Shown here one piece after another: positions 50,118 through 63,251 of a stretch of 64,000 nucleotides of DNA (the stretch's first letter is position 1; each line of letters begins with the position of its first letter). Where the stretch lies: the NCBI GenBank assembly GCA_963514005.1, contig OY740807.1:1674001-1738000 (forward strand), given 5' to 3'. The stretch comes from Raja brachyura (lineage: Eukaryota). Below the pieces are notes generated by a model that did no database searches, was not told the origin of the DNA, and was given only the letters and a program-made list of their open reading frames with translations. The position numbers and the translations under genes were made by a program.

Positions 50118-51097
50118 AAGGAAAAACTGCGGTGTGATTCCATTGGTCTATTTTCACGCGGTTCCTCGTAGTACATTGAGGGGTTTGTCGCAAAGACCTG
50201 GCGATCAGGAGCCGCCTTATACACAACTACAAACAGGTCCGCTCAAACGGCTCATTCTGCTCCTCTTGATCAATAGCACTCTGTGTCCCACACCGACCTC
50301 TTCCCCCCTCTCCCACCTGCCGCCGTCTGCCGGTCCCTCTATTCTGCGTCCCGTCTCCCCTACCTCCATCGCAACCTCACGTGTTTATCCTGCTCCCCAT
50401 TTCCCACCTACCCCCCTCCTCCCTCTGGATGCCAGATGCACAATCTCGCCGCTCTTTGGTCATTTTTTGGGGGTGGGGACATACACACGAAACACGGAGC
50501 TGGACTCTTCCGCTCTGAACCATCCGTCAAATTTTGTCCGTTCCGTTTGTAATCCGATGCACTCCGGGCAAGTTGTTCGATTCCGAGGCTACCGACGCTA
50601 CGATATTCAACATGTCGGAAGGAGGGAAACATAATGACATAAGAAGCCGAAGTCGATCCTTCGGATCCGTGCGCTCATTGGACCATTCAACATGATCATG
50701 GTTCACCTCTCAACCTCCTACCGATTTCGCCAATGAACTCCCAGCCGTGATCTATAATTGTAAGGAAAGACACACAATGCCGGAGTAACATTGCTGCTCA
50801 GGCAGCATCCCTGGAGCACGTGGGTAGGTGAAAACTCGGTTAGAGACCCTTCTTCAGATTTAGCTCCGAACCTAAACGTCACCTATCCATGTTCTCCATG
50901 GATGCTATCCGACCCATTACCAATGCCTTTCCATGGTAAACCAGCATCTGCAGTTGCTTGTTTGCAGTTGCCCCTATAAATGCACGAAGTTCTCATAACT
51001 CAGTAAGTGTGACGCTATCTCTCGGGAAGCATTCGCTACTGAGGGCCTAATGGGTGAACACTAAAGTACACAAGAGCTGATCACCGGGTTGTGAATG

Positions 51098-52434
51098 TTT
51101 AAGAATGAACTGTAGATGCTGGAAAATCATGCTGGAGAAACCCAGCGGTGAGGCAGCATCCATGGAGCGAAGGAAATAGGCAACGTTTCGGGTCGAGAGG
51201 GCGCGGGGGGGGGACAAGAAAGGAAGAGGCGAAGACAGTAGGCTGACAGAGAGCTGAGAAGGTGAGGAGAAAGCAGGGACTACCTGAAATTGGAGAAGTG
51301 CAGTCTAGATAGCCATAGGGGTCAGTGGGTGTCGGCCAGTACATCTACTTACTGACCGACATCTACTATAAACCCACTGAGTCCCATGGGTATCTGGACT
51401 AAGCTTCTTCTCCCCCCGCTTCCTGTAAGGACTCCATCTCCCACTCCCAAATCCTCCGTCTTCGCGGCATCTGCTCCCAGGATGAGGTGTTCCACTCCAG
51501 GGCATCAGAGGTGTCCTCATTCGTCAGGGAACGGGGCTTCCCCTCTTCTACTATAGATGAGGCTCTCACCAGGGTCTCTTCTATACCCCATAACTCTGCT
51601 CTCATTCCCCAACCGCCCACTCGTAACAAGGGCAGAGTCCCCCTTGTCCTCATCTTCCACCCTACCAGCCGTCACAAACAACAAATAATTCTCCGATATT
51701 TTCGCCATCTCTAATGGGATCCCTCCACTGGCCACATCTCCCCATCTCCTCCCCGTCTGCTTTCAGCAGAGACCGCACCCTCTGTAACTCCCTGGTCAAT
51801 TCATCCCTTCCCACCCAAACCACCCCCTCTCCTGGCACTTTCCCTTGCAACTGTAGGAAATGCTACACTTGTCGCTTTACCTCCCCCCTCGACTCCATTC
51901 AAGGACCCAAGCAGTCTTTCCAGGTGCGGCAGAGGTTCACCTGCACATCCTCCAACCTCGTCTATTGCATCCACTGCTATAGGTGTCAGCTGCTCTTCAT
52001 CGGCAAGACCAATCGTAGGCTTGGCGATCGCTTCGCCCAACAGCTCCGCTCGGTCCGCATTAACCAACCTTATATCCCGGTGGCTCAGCACTTCAACTCG
52101 CCCTCCCATTCCAAATCTGTCCTTTCAGTCCTTGGCCTCCTCCATGGCCAAAGTAAGGCCCACCGTAAATTGAAGGAGCAGCACCTCATATTTCACTTGG
52201 GCAGTTTACACCCCAGCGGTTTGAACATTGACTTCTCCAGTTTCAGGCAGTCCCTGCTTTCTCCTCCCCTTCTCAGCTCTCCCTCAAACCCACTGTCTCC
52301 GCCTATTCATTTCTTCTTCCCGCCCCCCACCCTCACATCAGTCTGAAGAAGGGTCTCGACCCGAAACTTTGCTCATTTCCTTCGTTCCATAGATGCTACC
52401 TCACCCGCTGAGTTTCTCCAGCATTTTTGTCTAC
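51098..52434 (+). mobile_element. Penelope-like element with inverted 5' arm and 16-bp TSD
   Basis: caccgggttgtgaatg (51082-51097) and caccgggctgtgaatg (52435-52450); ORF 51714..52346 with Zn-finger and GIY-YIG-like LVYCI...FIGKT; antisense tail at the left end. Confidence 0.82.
52343..52367 (+). ncRNA. Minimal hammerhead-ribozyme-like motif in the Penelope tail
   Basis: CTGAAGA-A-GGGT-CTCG-ACCC-GAAAC: catalytic core boxes flanking stem II; the cleavage side is mutated in this copy (GAAACTTT). Confidence 0.5.
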
Positions 52435-53135
52435 CACCGGGCTGTGAATGGTCCTATTAAAGACAGGGCTTTATTTTGTTAATACATCAGCGATTATTGA
52501 TCATTTCTTTAATTAGACACACGTGATGTGAGTTACAACCACAGACTCTCACAAATAATTCAATGAATGCCCACACAAAAGATCATGAGGTGAAATGGGT
52601 GTCTGAGGGGTTGGGTGAAGCCATTTCATTGGGGTTGATGATTGAGGAGAAGGTGGGAGCTGGAGATTGGATGTAAAGAATAAGGAAAGATAGGATGCCG
52701 AGTTTAATGCTGCATACCGATATTGTATGTGCCGTAAGTCTCAATGAATGGTTAGAGAAGTGTAAATAAAAATATGGAGATGGTCAGGGTGCAAAGACTT
52801 GTGTCGTGAGGTAGGAAATTCCATCCGGATAAACAGCTTTTTTCATTGAGACCAGTCATTAAATTATAGAGCAGCACAGCACGGATACAGGCCCTTCAGG
52901 TCACCTTACCCCTCCGACCTAGTTGGCATACCAGGCTAGTCACATTTGGTTGTAAGCTGTGGGCCGAGCATCGAAAATGTGTCCAAAATTTAACTTTTGT
53001 CACCCATGTCTGGGAAATACTTGAAAGTTTGCACAGATTTAGATATAACATAATTGAGAAGGAATTCATAACTTGTCGGTGCCAAAAGTTGCACATTAAT
53101 TAATGAATCCAATTAGAATATAATATGGAAAAAGT

Positions 53136-53154
53136 AGGCGCCATCTAGTGTCCA
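53136..53154 (-). promoter_or_regulatory. CTCF-binding motif
   Basis: Minus strand reads TGGACACTAGATGGCGCCT, close to the CTCF core consensus (TGGCCACYAGRKGGCGCT), in non-repeat AT-rich sequence. Confidence 0.6.
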
Positions 53155-53925
53155 ACGCCCATATTACTCCATGGAGAGCCTAATTCTGTCCTGTTTGTTT
53201 AAACCATATATATACTTGTGAATATGAGTGTAATTATATATAATTATATTATATAAATATAATATAACGAATATAATTGTGAGTGTGTATGTTGAGTGAG
53301 ACTGCCGCAGAGGTCCAGCTCCTGAACCCGCCTAATTAATGGATGAGGGAAGTTCCTGTGGGTTCCCCCGTTTACTGAACCCCACTGACTGCCAGTGTGA
53401 GTGTGGGTCACGGCCATAGTGGGATGGGGCAGAGCCAGGCTGGGGGAAGACAAAGGCATCTTCCACTGACAGGAAAATGCCTAACCCTAACCCTAACTCG
53501 CCCCCCTTCCAGAGCTGTCCAAGGCTGGAGCTGGAGTCGTTTTGGGCTCCGTAAGTGGGCACTGTAATTGAGGACACTCAGCACGTCCACCTCGGCCAGC
53601 ATGCCCTTTTGGATCATCATGGTGATGATGGTGGGGAGCAGCACCGCCCTGCACGCCGCCCGGGCCGCCTATAGCACCCCCATAGCGCCGGCTCCGTCAG
53701 TCGGCCCGCTCGTTCGTTGCAACACCGGCCATCCGACAGCCCGAGCGACCCCTCGCAACATCCACCAGGGGCCCGGCAGCCCGATAGCCCGATCGACCCT
53801 TCACAGCATCCAGCGGCAGCCCGACTGACAGACTGGTCGATTGATCGACTGACTGACCGACTGACTTGTTGTGGTTCGTTTCTCTTAAACAGACGCAAAA
53901 ACAAATAAAATCACTAATCAAGCAT

Positions 53926-54449
53926 TGAAATCTTTATTTCGCCAGGTGGGTGTGGTAAGACTCTTACAGTATGTAGATACAGACTATACAGAGTAATCCC
54001 GCACAAAGGGACTGATTAAGTACATGTATTTACACTCCAATAATCAGCGATTCAGCTATACCTTATCTTCAGCGCATAGTACAGCGTCTTGCTTCTTAAG
54101 ATTGACAGCTTCTTAAGATTGACAGGTTCTTCCGAGAGAGGAAGAGTTAGCCATATATGGTTATATGAGGAGGCTATTTTTCTGCAGAACAAGAATTTTG
54201 TTTTTTTTACTGAATGACGCACATTATAATCTGATAGAGCAAGGGTAAGAGCCGAGAGTCTGAACAGCCTCTATATGTTTATATTATAGAGGAGACATTC
54301 ATGAAGTTGTGCTTGTGATCTCACTTGTATTATTGGAAAAAGGCACATAAACAACGTGTTAGCCTTGTTAGTGGAATAAGAGCAAGGGTTGGAGCATTCT
54401 GCTGGCTTTGCAATTAACTAGAGAAAGGTAACAGCCCGTCTTAGTTTCA
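53926..54449 (-). mobile_element. Possible solo LTR
   Basis: TGAAA...TTTCA ends, antisense AATAAA and TATA-like motifs, internal 17-bp duplication; no TSD found. Confidence 0.3.
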
Positions 54450-54464
54450 GCTGAACCAATTTTT

Positions 54465-54560
54465 GTAAAGTTTGAACTGTTTGGAGTCTGTAGACTGGGC
54501 AATGTTCAGGGACTCGGCAACGGACCTGAACAAATGCGCCACAGTCGTCACAGGCGCCAC
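54465..54560 (+). mobile_element. Rex1/Babar-like LINE fragment
   Basis: CLESVDWAMFRDSATDLN motif. Confidence 0.55.
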
Positions 54561-54739
54561 CCACTGCCCAGCGAGCGCTCCAGCTCCCGGGCGGCGGGGC
54601 CCCCGCGGTCTAGCTGGTAGTCGCTCACGTCGGTCGCCCACAGCATGTCGTGGGGCAGCCGCAGCAGTGGATCCCGCTGCCCCGGAGCCGCGCCGAGCTC
54701 GCCCATGCAGCCGCAGTGCCAACAGCAGAGCGTAGCACA

Positions 54740-57120
54740 GAATAATTTCAGAAGATTAGTCAAGCATGATTTCCCTTTCATAAATCCATGTTGACTTGGA
54801 CAAATCCTTTTACTGCTATCCAAATGCCAGTTTAAACTCCTGCTGCAACTTACACCCACTTCCGGGCTACACTTTGTGGGTCTGTAAATAACACCAATTA
54901 GCGTATTCTTGCCTTTACAATTCCTCAACTCAAACCACAGTGACTCTACCTCATCAGTCCTTATGTCTTCCTTCACAAGAGACTGAATTCCATCCCTCAC
55001 CAGCAGAGCAACCCCCCCTCCTCTGCCCACCTGCCTGTCCTTTCTATGGGAGGTATAACCCTGATTATTAAGTTCCCAGGCCCGATCCTCCTGCAGCCAC
55101 GTCTCAGTAATCACCACAATGTGATATCAACCAACCTCTAACTGAGCCTCAAGCTCATCTACTTTTCTTCTTATACTTCGCGCATTCATATACCACATAA
55201 CCATATAACAATTACAGCACGGAAACAGGCCTTCTCGGCCCTTCCAGTCTGTGCCGACCATTCATTTCCCCCTAGCCCCATCTACCTGCACTCAGACCAT
55301 ACCCCTCCATTCCCTTCCCGTCCATATACCTATCCATTTTACTTTTAAATGTTAAAATCGATCCTGCCTCCACCAATTCTGCTGGAACATCATTCCACAC
55401 AGCCACCACTCTCTGAGTAAAGAAGTTCCCCCTCATGTTACCCCTAAACTTCTGTCCCTTAATTCTCATGTCATGCCCTCTTGTTTGAATCTTCCCTACC
55501 CTCAATGGGAAAAGCTTATCCATGTCAACTCTGTCTATCCCTTTCATCATTTTAAAGACCTCAATCAACTCCCCCCTTAACCTTCTGCGCTCCAAAGAAT
55601 AAAGACCTACCTTGTTCAACCTTTCTCTGTAACTTAGTTGCTGGAACCCAGGCAACATTCTAGTAAATCTCCTCTGTACTCTCTCTATTTTGTTGACATC
55701 CTTCCTATAATTAGGCAACCAAAATTGTACACCATACTCCAGAATTGGTCTTACCAATGCCTTGTACAATTTTAACATTACTTCCCTACTCCTATATTCA
55801 ATGCTCTGATTTATAAAGGCCAGCACACCAAAAGCTTTTTTTACCACCCTATCTACATGCGATTCCACCTTCAGGGAACTATGCACAGTTATTCCTAGAT
55901 CCCTCTGTTCCACAGCATTCCTCAATTCCCTACCATTTACCATGTATGTCCTATTTTGATTTGTCCTGCCAAGATGTAGCACCTCACACTTATCAGCATT
56001 AAACTCCTTCTGCCATCTTTCAGCCCACTCTTCCAAATGGCCCAAATCTCTCTGTAGACTTTGAAAATCTACTTCATTATCCACAGCATCACCTATCTTA
56101 GTATCATCTGCATACTTACTTATCCAATTTTCCACCCCATCATCTAGATCATTGATGTACATGACAAACAACAGTGGACCCAACACAGATCCCTGAGGCA
56201 CCCCACTGGTCACCGGCTTCCAACCTGACAAACAGCCATCCATCATTATTCTCTGGCATCTCCCATTCAGCCACTGTTGAATCCATCTTGCTACTCCGCC
56301 ATTAACACCCAAAGATTGAACCTTCTTAACCAACCTTCCATGGGGAACCTTGTCAAAGGCTTTACTGAAATCCATATAGACAACATCCATTGCTTTACTG
56401 TCATCAATTTCCCTAGTAACCTCTTCAAAAAATTCAAGAAGGTTTGTCAAACATGACCATCCAGGCACAAATCCATGTTGACTGTTCTTGATCAGACCCT
56501 GGTTATCCAGATGCTTATATATATTATCTCTAAGTATCCTTTCCATTAATTTGCCCACCACTGACGTCAAACTAACAGGTCTATAATTGCTAGGTTTATT
56601 CTTTGAACCCTTTTTAAACAATGGAACAACATGCGCAGTACACCAATCCTCCGGCACTATTCCCATTTCTAATGACCATCCTCGAATCCCCTGTCCGTAC
56701 CTCTCACAATGGAGTCTCCAACTACAATGGCATTGCCTGACGTTGGCCTTTTTGGTTTTGACTCAACAGCCCTTTTTGCTTCGCAAGCCAGTCCCCTGCT
56801 CAGGGTTTTAACGTCTTCTGTCCCGACAGCTTCTAAGTGGGTGAACCTGTTCACAAAAGGTACAACACCCGGGGATGTTTGCATTCCAAGTTTCCCTCTC
56901 TTTCTCACCGTCACTCACTTTCTCCCTCCCTTAGGTGTAACAATCTCACTGTAGGACTTGTCGGGGAATGACTCCGTTTCTCGGACGAACCAGAGGTCAT
57001 GCACTTGATTCTCCAGTTCCCCAACTTCAGGAGCTGTACCTGCATTCACTTCTCATATTTGTAGCAGCCAGAGGCAATAGCAGTGTCCTTGACCTCCCAC
57101 ATACTGCATCTCCCACATAC
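54740..57120 (-). mobile_element. CR1 fragments (RT, APE and ORF1 pieces)
   Basis: ORF 55272..56666 (YADD); ORF1-like 56669..56914 (GDSIVR). Confidence 0.9.
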
Positions 57121-57134
57121 TACGTCTCTCTCCT

Positions 57135-58382
57135 ATTGTTAATAATCCGCCGTTTAAACCATCTATTATCAATAAAACGTGTACACACTGGGAAAGAATA
57201 GGAATTAAAATCTTTGGAGAAATGTATGAAATGGGAAATCTTTTATCATTCCGACAACTACAACTTAAATACACCCTGAAAAGTAATCAGTACTTTAAAT
57301 ATCTTCAAATCCGTGACTACTTCAAAAAACATACAAAAGAACATCAAACTTTGACTTCAGATATACTAGATGAAGCTATGAATAGAAAGGCGCATTCTAC
57401 TAATTTAATATCATATTTGTATAATATCATTTTAAACATAGAGATACCACCGTCTGATGCAATCAGGCAGGGAACAAGAATTATCTATAAATATCTCGAA
57501 AGACAGATGCGATAAATATTTGCTATATGTACATAAATGCTCGATAAATGTAAGATACCTTAATTCAATTAAAATTTTACATAGATTATATTACTCAAAA
57601 ACTAAATTGAATAAAATATTTCCAAATGTCTGACCCATCTCTGATAAATGCTTATCTCAAGATGCAACTATAGCTCACTCTTTTCTCTTTTGTATAAAAC
57701 TTCAGAAGTTTTGGAATGATTTTTTTCAAAATGTTTACAAAAGTATTTAAAACAGAAATGAACCCCAACGCAGAATTGATTATCTTTGGAACAATGGAGA
57801 CTGGCTCTGAGCTGACTTCATTCCAAGAGAGTTTCCTTAATTATGGCTTAATAACGGCAACAAAAAAATAAAAATTCAGGAAAAATGCACCAATACCAAC
57901 GCTTAAAATGTGGATTTCAAACATGTCTGAATTGTTACACCTAGAAGATATGAGATTCATCCCAGCAGGTAAATCAGACCAATTCTTAAAGATTTGGTCT
58001 CCCTTTATCGATTTATTACAAGCATATGGTGCAACATAATCCTGAAAATAAACTGTTTCAGAACTGGGTGAGGGGTGCGCAACGATACCAAGTAGGTATA
58101 TACCTTTCATCTTATTTTCCTTTTATTATCTTTTTTGCTTTACCTTCTTGAAATATTTGTATTTATTTTTTTTATTTTTTTAATATCTCTCCTCCTGTCT
58201 CTGTTTCTCTTGTACTTTTCACGAACTATCACTTTCACCGCTTTACCTAACTTTTTCTCTTTTTGCTTATATTACTTTTTTATTATTAAATTCAAAAACA
58301 AGTTGCATATGAAATGTATTATATTATTCTTAATGTACCCTATTGTATATGACTTCTAATAAAAATATTATAGAAAAAAAAA
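57135..58382 (+). mobile_element. L1-clade LINE 3' fragment
   Basis: FKYLQIRDY motif, degenerate CCHC, T-rich UTR, AATAAA and poly(A). Confidence 0.8.
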
Positions 58383-58429
58383 CACTTGTACTGCCTAATG
58401 TATATTTATCGTTCCTCAGCCCCGCTCTG

Positions 58430-59420
58430 CCCGTTTCTATCTCCTCCCCAAAATCCACAGACAGAACTACCCTGGCAAATCCACTGTTGCTGTCTGCCCC
58501 TGCCCCACTGAACTAATCTCCATGTATTTTATCTCTATCCTCTCCCCCTTGCCCATTCCCTTCGGACCAACAACTGAGGCACCTCAAACACCCTTCAACT
58601 CTTTGATAACTTTCAGTTTCTAGGCCCCCCAGTCACTCATGCTAACCATGAACGTCCAGTCCCTCTACACCTCCATCTCCCACCAGGAAGATATTAAAGC
58701 CCTTTGTTTCTTCCTTGAACAGAGACCCAACCCTACACTAACACTCTCTACCACCTAGTGGATCTTGCCATTACCCTCAGCAGCTTCACTTTTTATTCTT
58801 CTCACTTTCTCCAAGTTAAAGGTGTAGCCATGGGCACTCGCATGGGCCCAGCTATACCTGCCTTTTTGCTGGTTACGTTGAACAGTCCGTGTTCCAGGTG
58901 TATGCTGGACTTATCCCCCAACTCTTTCTCTGCTACATCGACGAATGCATCGGGGCTGCCTCCTGCACCCTTGCAGAACTCAGAGACTTCATTAACTACA
59001 CCACTAATTTCCACCCTCCACTCAAATTCACCTGGACTATCCCTGACACCTCTCTCCCCTTCCTCTTCTCTCTGTCTCCATCACAGGAGACAGACTGTTG
59101 ACTGGCATATACTACAAATCTACCAACCCCCGCAGTTATCTTGACTACACTTGTAGCCACCCTGCCTCCTGCAAAATTGTTATCCCCTTCTCTCAATTCC
59201 TCCATCTCTGTTGCATCTGCTCCTAAAATAAGGCTTTCCAGAAGATGACAATCGAGGTGTGATCATTGTTTCGTGAATGTGGTTCCCCCAGCTGTCATAG
59301 ATGGATCCCTCACCTGTGTGCTAGAGTCAGGCTCTCACTCTCCCCCAGATGCAACAAGGAAAGAGTTCTCCTGGTCCTCACCATTCACCCCACCAGCCTC
59401 TGCATCCATCACAACATGTG
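58430..59420 (+). mobile_element. Penelope-like RT fragment
   Basis: QVKGVAMGTRMGP and YIDE (YIDD-like) motifs. Confidence 0.8.
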
Positions 59421-59429
59421 TTGGATACA

Positions 59430-61950
59430 GATTATCAAAAAGTTAATCTGCAAGTCGAGTCGGTAGTAAAGTGAGCAAACTCAATGCCAGCATTTATTTC
59501 AAGAGGGCTTGTATACAAAAACAGGGATGTAATGCTGAGGCTCTATAAGGCACTGGTAAGGCCGCATTTGGAATATTGTGAGCAATTTTGGGAATCATAT
59601 CTGAGGAAGGATGTGCTGGCTCTGGAGATGGTCCAGAGGAGGTTTACAAGAATTATCCCAGGAAGGAGTAGGATAACCTATGATGAGTCATTTCCAGTAC
59701 TGGGCCTGTACTCGCTGGAGTTTAGAAAAATGAGGTGGGACCTCTTTGAAACACAGAATAGTGAAAGGCTTGGATCGAGTGGGTAAGGAGAGGATGTGTC
59801 CACTATTGGGAGAGTCTAGGACTAGAGGTTACATCCTCAGAATTAAAGGACATTCTTTTACGAAGGAGATGAGGAAAACCTTCTTCAATCAGAGGGTGGT
59901 GAATCTATGGAATTCTTCGTCACAGATTGCAATGGAGGACAAATCCGTGGATATTTTTAAGGCAGAGACAGATAGATTCTTGATTAGTACAGGTGTCAGA
60001 GGTTAAGGGGAGAAGAGGGAGAGATAGATCAGCCATGATTGAATGGCAGAGTAGACAAGGGGCCGAATGCCCTAATTCTACTCCTATCATAGCAGATATG
60101 TGCAGGAGTTGGCTATTTGGTCTTCGAGCCTACACCGCTTATAGCATATCACTTATGACCTTAGCGTCATAGAGTCACAGAATGATACAGTGTGGAAACA
60201 GGCTCTTCAGCCCAACTCGCCCACACCGGCCAACAATGTCCCAGCTACCCTCGTCACACTTGCCTGCACTTAGTCCATAACCCTCCAAACCTGTCCTATC
60301 CATGTACCTGTCCACCTGTTTCTTTAATGATGCGATAGTCTCAGCGATAAACTACCTCCTCTGGCAGCTTGTTCCATACACCCACCACCCACTGTGTGAA
60401 AAAGTTACCCCTCGGATTCGTATTAAATCTTTTCCCCTTCACCCTGATTCAATGTCCTCTGGTCCTCGATCCCCATACTCTGGGTAAAAAACTCTGTTCA
60501 TCTAACTGATCTATTCCTCTCGTGATTTTATACGCCTCTATAAGATCCCTCATCCTCCTAAGCTCCGTGGAATAGAGACCCAGCCTACTTAACCTCTCCC
60601 TATAACTCACACCCTCTAGTCCAGGCAACATCCTCATAAATCTTTTCTGAACCCTTTCAAGCTTGACAATATCTTTCCTATAACATGGTGCCCAGAACTG
60701 AACACAATATTCTCAATGCAGTCTCACCAACATCTTATATAACTGCAACATGACCACCCAACTTCTATACCCAATACTCTGACTGATGAAGGACAAAGTT
60801 CCAAAAGCCTTGTTGACCACCTTATCTACCTGCGACTCGACCTTCATGGAACCATGCACCTGCACTCCTAGATCCCTCTGCTCTACAACACTACCCAGAG
60901 GCCGACCATTTACTGTGTAGGTCCTGCCCTTGTTCGACATCCCAAAATGCAACACCTCACATTTCTCTGTATTAAATTACATCAACCATTCCTCCGCCCA
61001 TCTGGCCAATCGATCCAGATCCTGCTGCAATCGTTCACAACCATCTTCACTATCTGCAAAACCACTAACCATCAGCAAACTTGCTAATCTTGCCCTGTAT
61101 GTTCTCATCCAAATCATTGATGTAGATGACAAACAGTAACGGGCCCAGCACTGAACCCTGTGGCACACCACTAGTCACATGCCTCCATTCTGAGAACCAA
61201 CCTTCCACCATCACCCTCTGCTTCCTTCTATGGAGCGATTTTGCTTCCATTCAGCTATCTCTCCTTGGATCCCATGAAATCTAACCTTCCAGTGCAGCCT
61301 ACCATGCGGCACCTTGTCGAACACCTTACTAAACTCCGTGTACACTACATCTCCAGCGCTGCCCTCATCAACCTTTTTGGTCACGTCTTCAAAAATATCG
61401 ATCAGATTTGTGAGACACGACCTCCCACTTACAAAACCATGCTGACTGTCCCTAATCAGCCCTTGCCCATCCAAATGCATGTATATTCTATCCCACAGAA
61501 TACTCTCCAGTAACTAACTAACTACAGATGTTAAGCTCACCGGCCTATAGTTCCCAACATTTTCCCTGAAGTCCTTCTTGAAAAGAGGCACAACATTTGC
61601 CACCCTCCAATCCTCTGGCACCTCTCCTGTATTGAAGGACGACTCATAAATTTCAACCAGGGCTCCCGCAATTTCCTGCAATATCCTCGGATATATCTGA
61701 TCAGGCCCCAGAGATTTGTCTACCTTGAAACACGGCAGTACCTTCAGTACCTCCTCAACGGTAACCCTGACTGCCCTCGTGACACTTCCAGTGACTGCTC
61801 CAATTTCCTCCATCCTACTGTCTTTCTCGTCAATAAATACAGAGGAGAAATACTCATTGAGGACTTTACCCATCTGCTGTGGCTCCACACAGAGGTGACC
61901 GCTTTTATTCCTGAGAGGTCCTACTCTCTCTCTAGTTACCCTTTCCCCTC
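59430..61950. mobile_element. Two CR1 fragments (59430-60100 +, 60165-61950 -)
   Basis: ORFs 59484..59786, 61065..61250, 61514..61888. Confidence 0.85.
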
Positions 61951-63251
61951 TATCTATCTGTCTGTCTGTCTATCTTTCAAACTCTCATCTTTTATGTTTG
62001 TCTGTCTGTGAGAGTGATCCTGAAATTACGCCAACATGATAGCGCAAATATTTTTGGCCTACCTTACCATTGTCCTGTGGTGTGGTGTATGAAAGTTACG
62101 TTCAGATTGATGGTATATTTTACAAGTTATTCACATTATAAACTTTACAAAAAGCACTTTTACAAACATAACTTGCCCTGCCCTTCAGCAAGCATATGAC
62201 CTCATGACGTCACACAGCCAACGACGTCATGATATCATAATGGGATCCCGAATTTCATTTTTAAAAATATGCCTTTTTTTTCTGTGTACTTGCCTCGTCT
62301 CACAATGGGGACCCAACGATTCCACGGGTAAGTTTCCTTCGTCTGTACAAACGCCTCCACGGGTCCTCTATTCACTTTATTAACGTTAACTTAATTTCAA
62401 CCAACAACTGCACAGCTTTGAATGCGGTACCGCGTATGTGCAGTTTGGTGGTGTTACGTTGGGGTAGAGGACCCACCGGGTCCTCACTTGATCTAGAATC
62501 TATCTATCTATCTATATTACTAAAAGTCTGATCTTGACCACTTCCTGTTTTTCTGTTTTATGATTTTAGAAAAACGCTGCCACTTACAGCTGTGATTTTT
62601 GGCCATCTTACATCTTACAGAAGAATCCCCTTCTGCTGTGCAGGACAAGAGGATTTTGCCCATCGATTAAAAATAAAATAGTTATTAATGTTTAAAAAAT
62701 GTTGAGATTCTCTCTGCTGCCCCTGCTGGTGGGAGGGGACAGGGACTATAAAACCCAGAAGTGTTGCATCTCACTCAGTCTCTTCAAGATGGAGGTTGGT
62801 GGTGTTTGCTTTGAAATGCTGTACTGCAAATGGTTGTTGGTCTAAACTTGACAACTTCCTGTTTGCACTGTATATTGATTTTAGATAAAACGCTACCACT
62901 TATGGCTGTGATTTTTGGCCATCTTACTCAGTCCCCTTCCGCTCATCAGGTGCAGAGGATTCTTCCCATCAATGAAAAATAAAAGTGTTATTAGTGTTTA
63001 TAAAAATGTCATTCACGCCATGAAGGCCACTTCTGGTGGGAGGGGGGAGGATTATAAAACCCGGAAGTGTGGGTGTGGCTCAGTCTCTGCAAGATGGGGG
63101 AGCGAGAGGTCATGACATAGTCTGAGCTGTGAATCAACTGAACACACTGAATGTCTACTAACCTGTGAGTGTGGTGTTTTGTGTGGTATTGTGGTGGTTT
63201 CACCCTGCTTGAAATGGTATGAAACTGCATTTGAATTTGGTGGCCTTGCAC
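61950..63251 (+). mobile_element. Two adjacent non-autonomous Helitron-like elements
   Basis: Hairpin GAGGACCC-ACC-GGGTCCTC (62467-62485) followed by CTAG (62493-62496); the next unit begins A|TCTAT...TATTACTAAAA and has internal tandem units at about 62533-62790 and 62847-63098. Confidence 0.6.
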
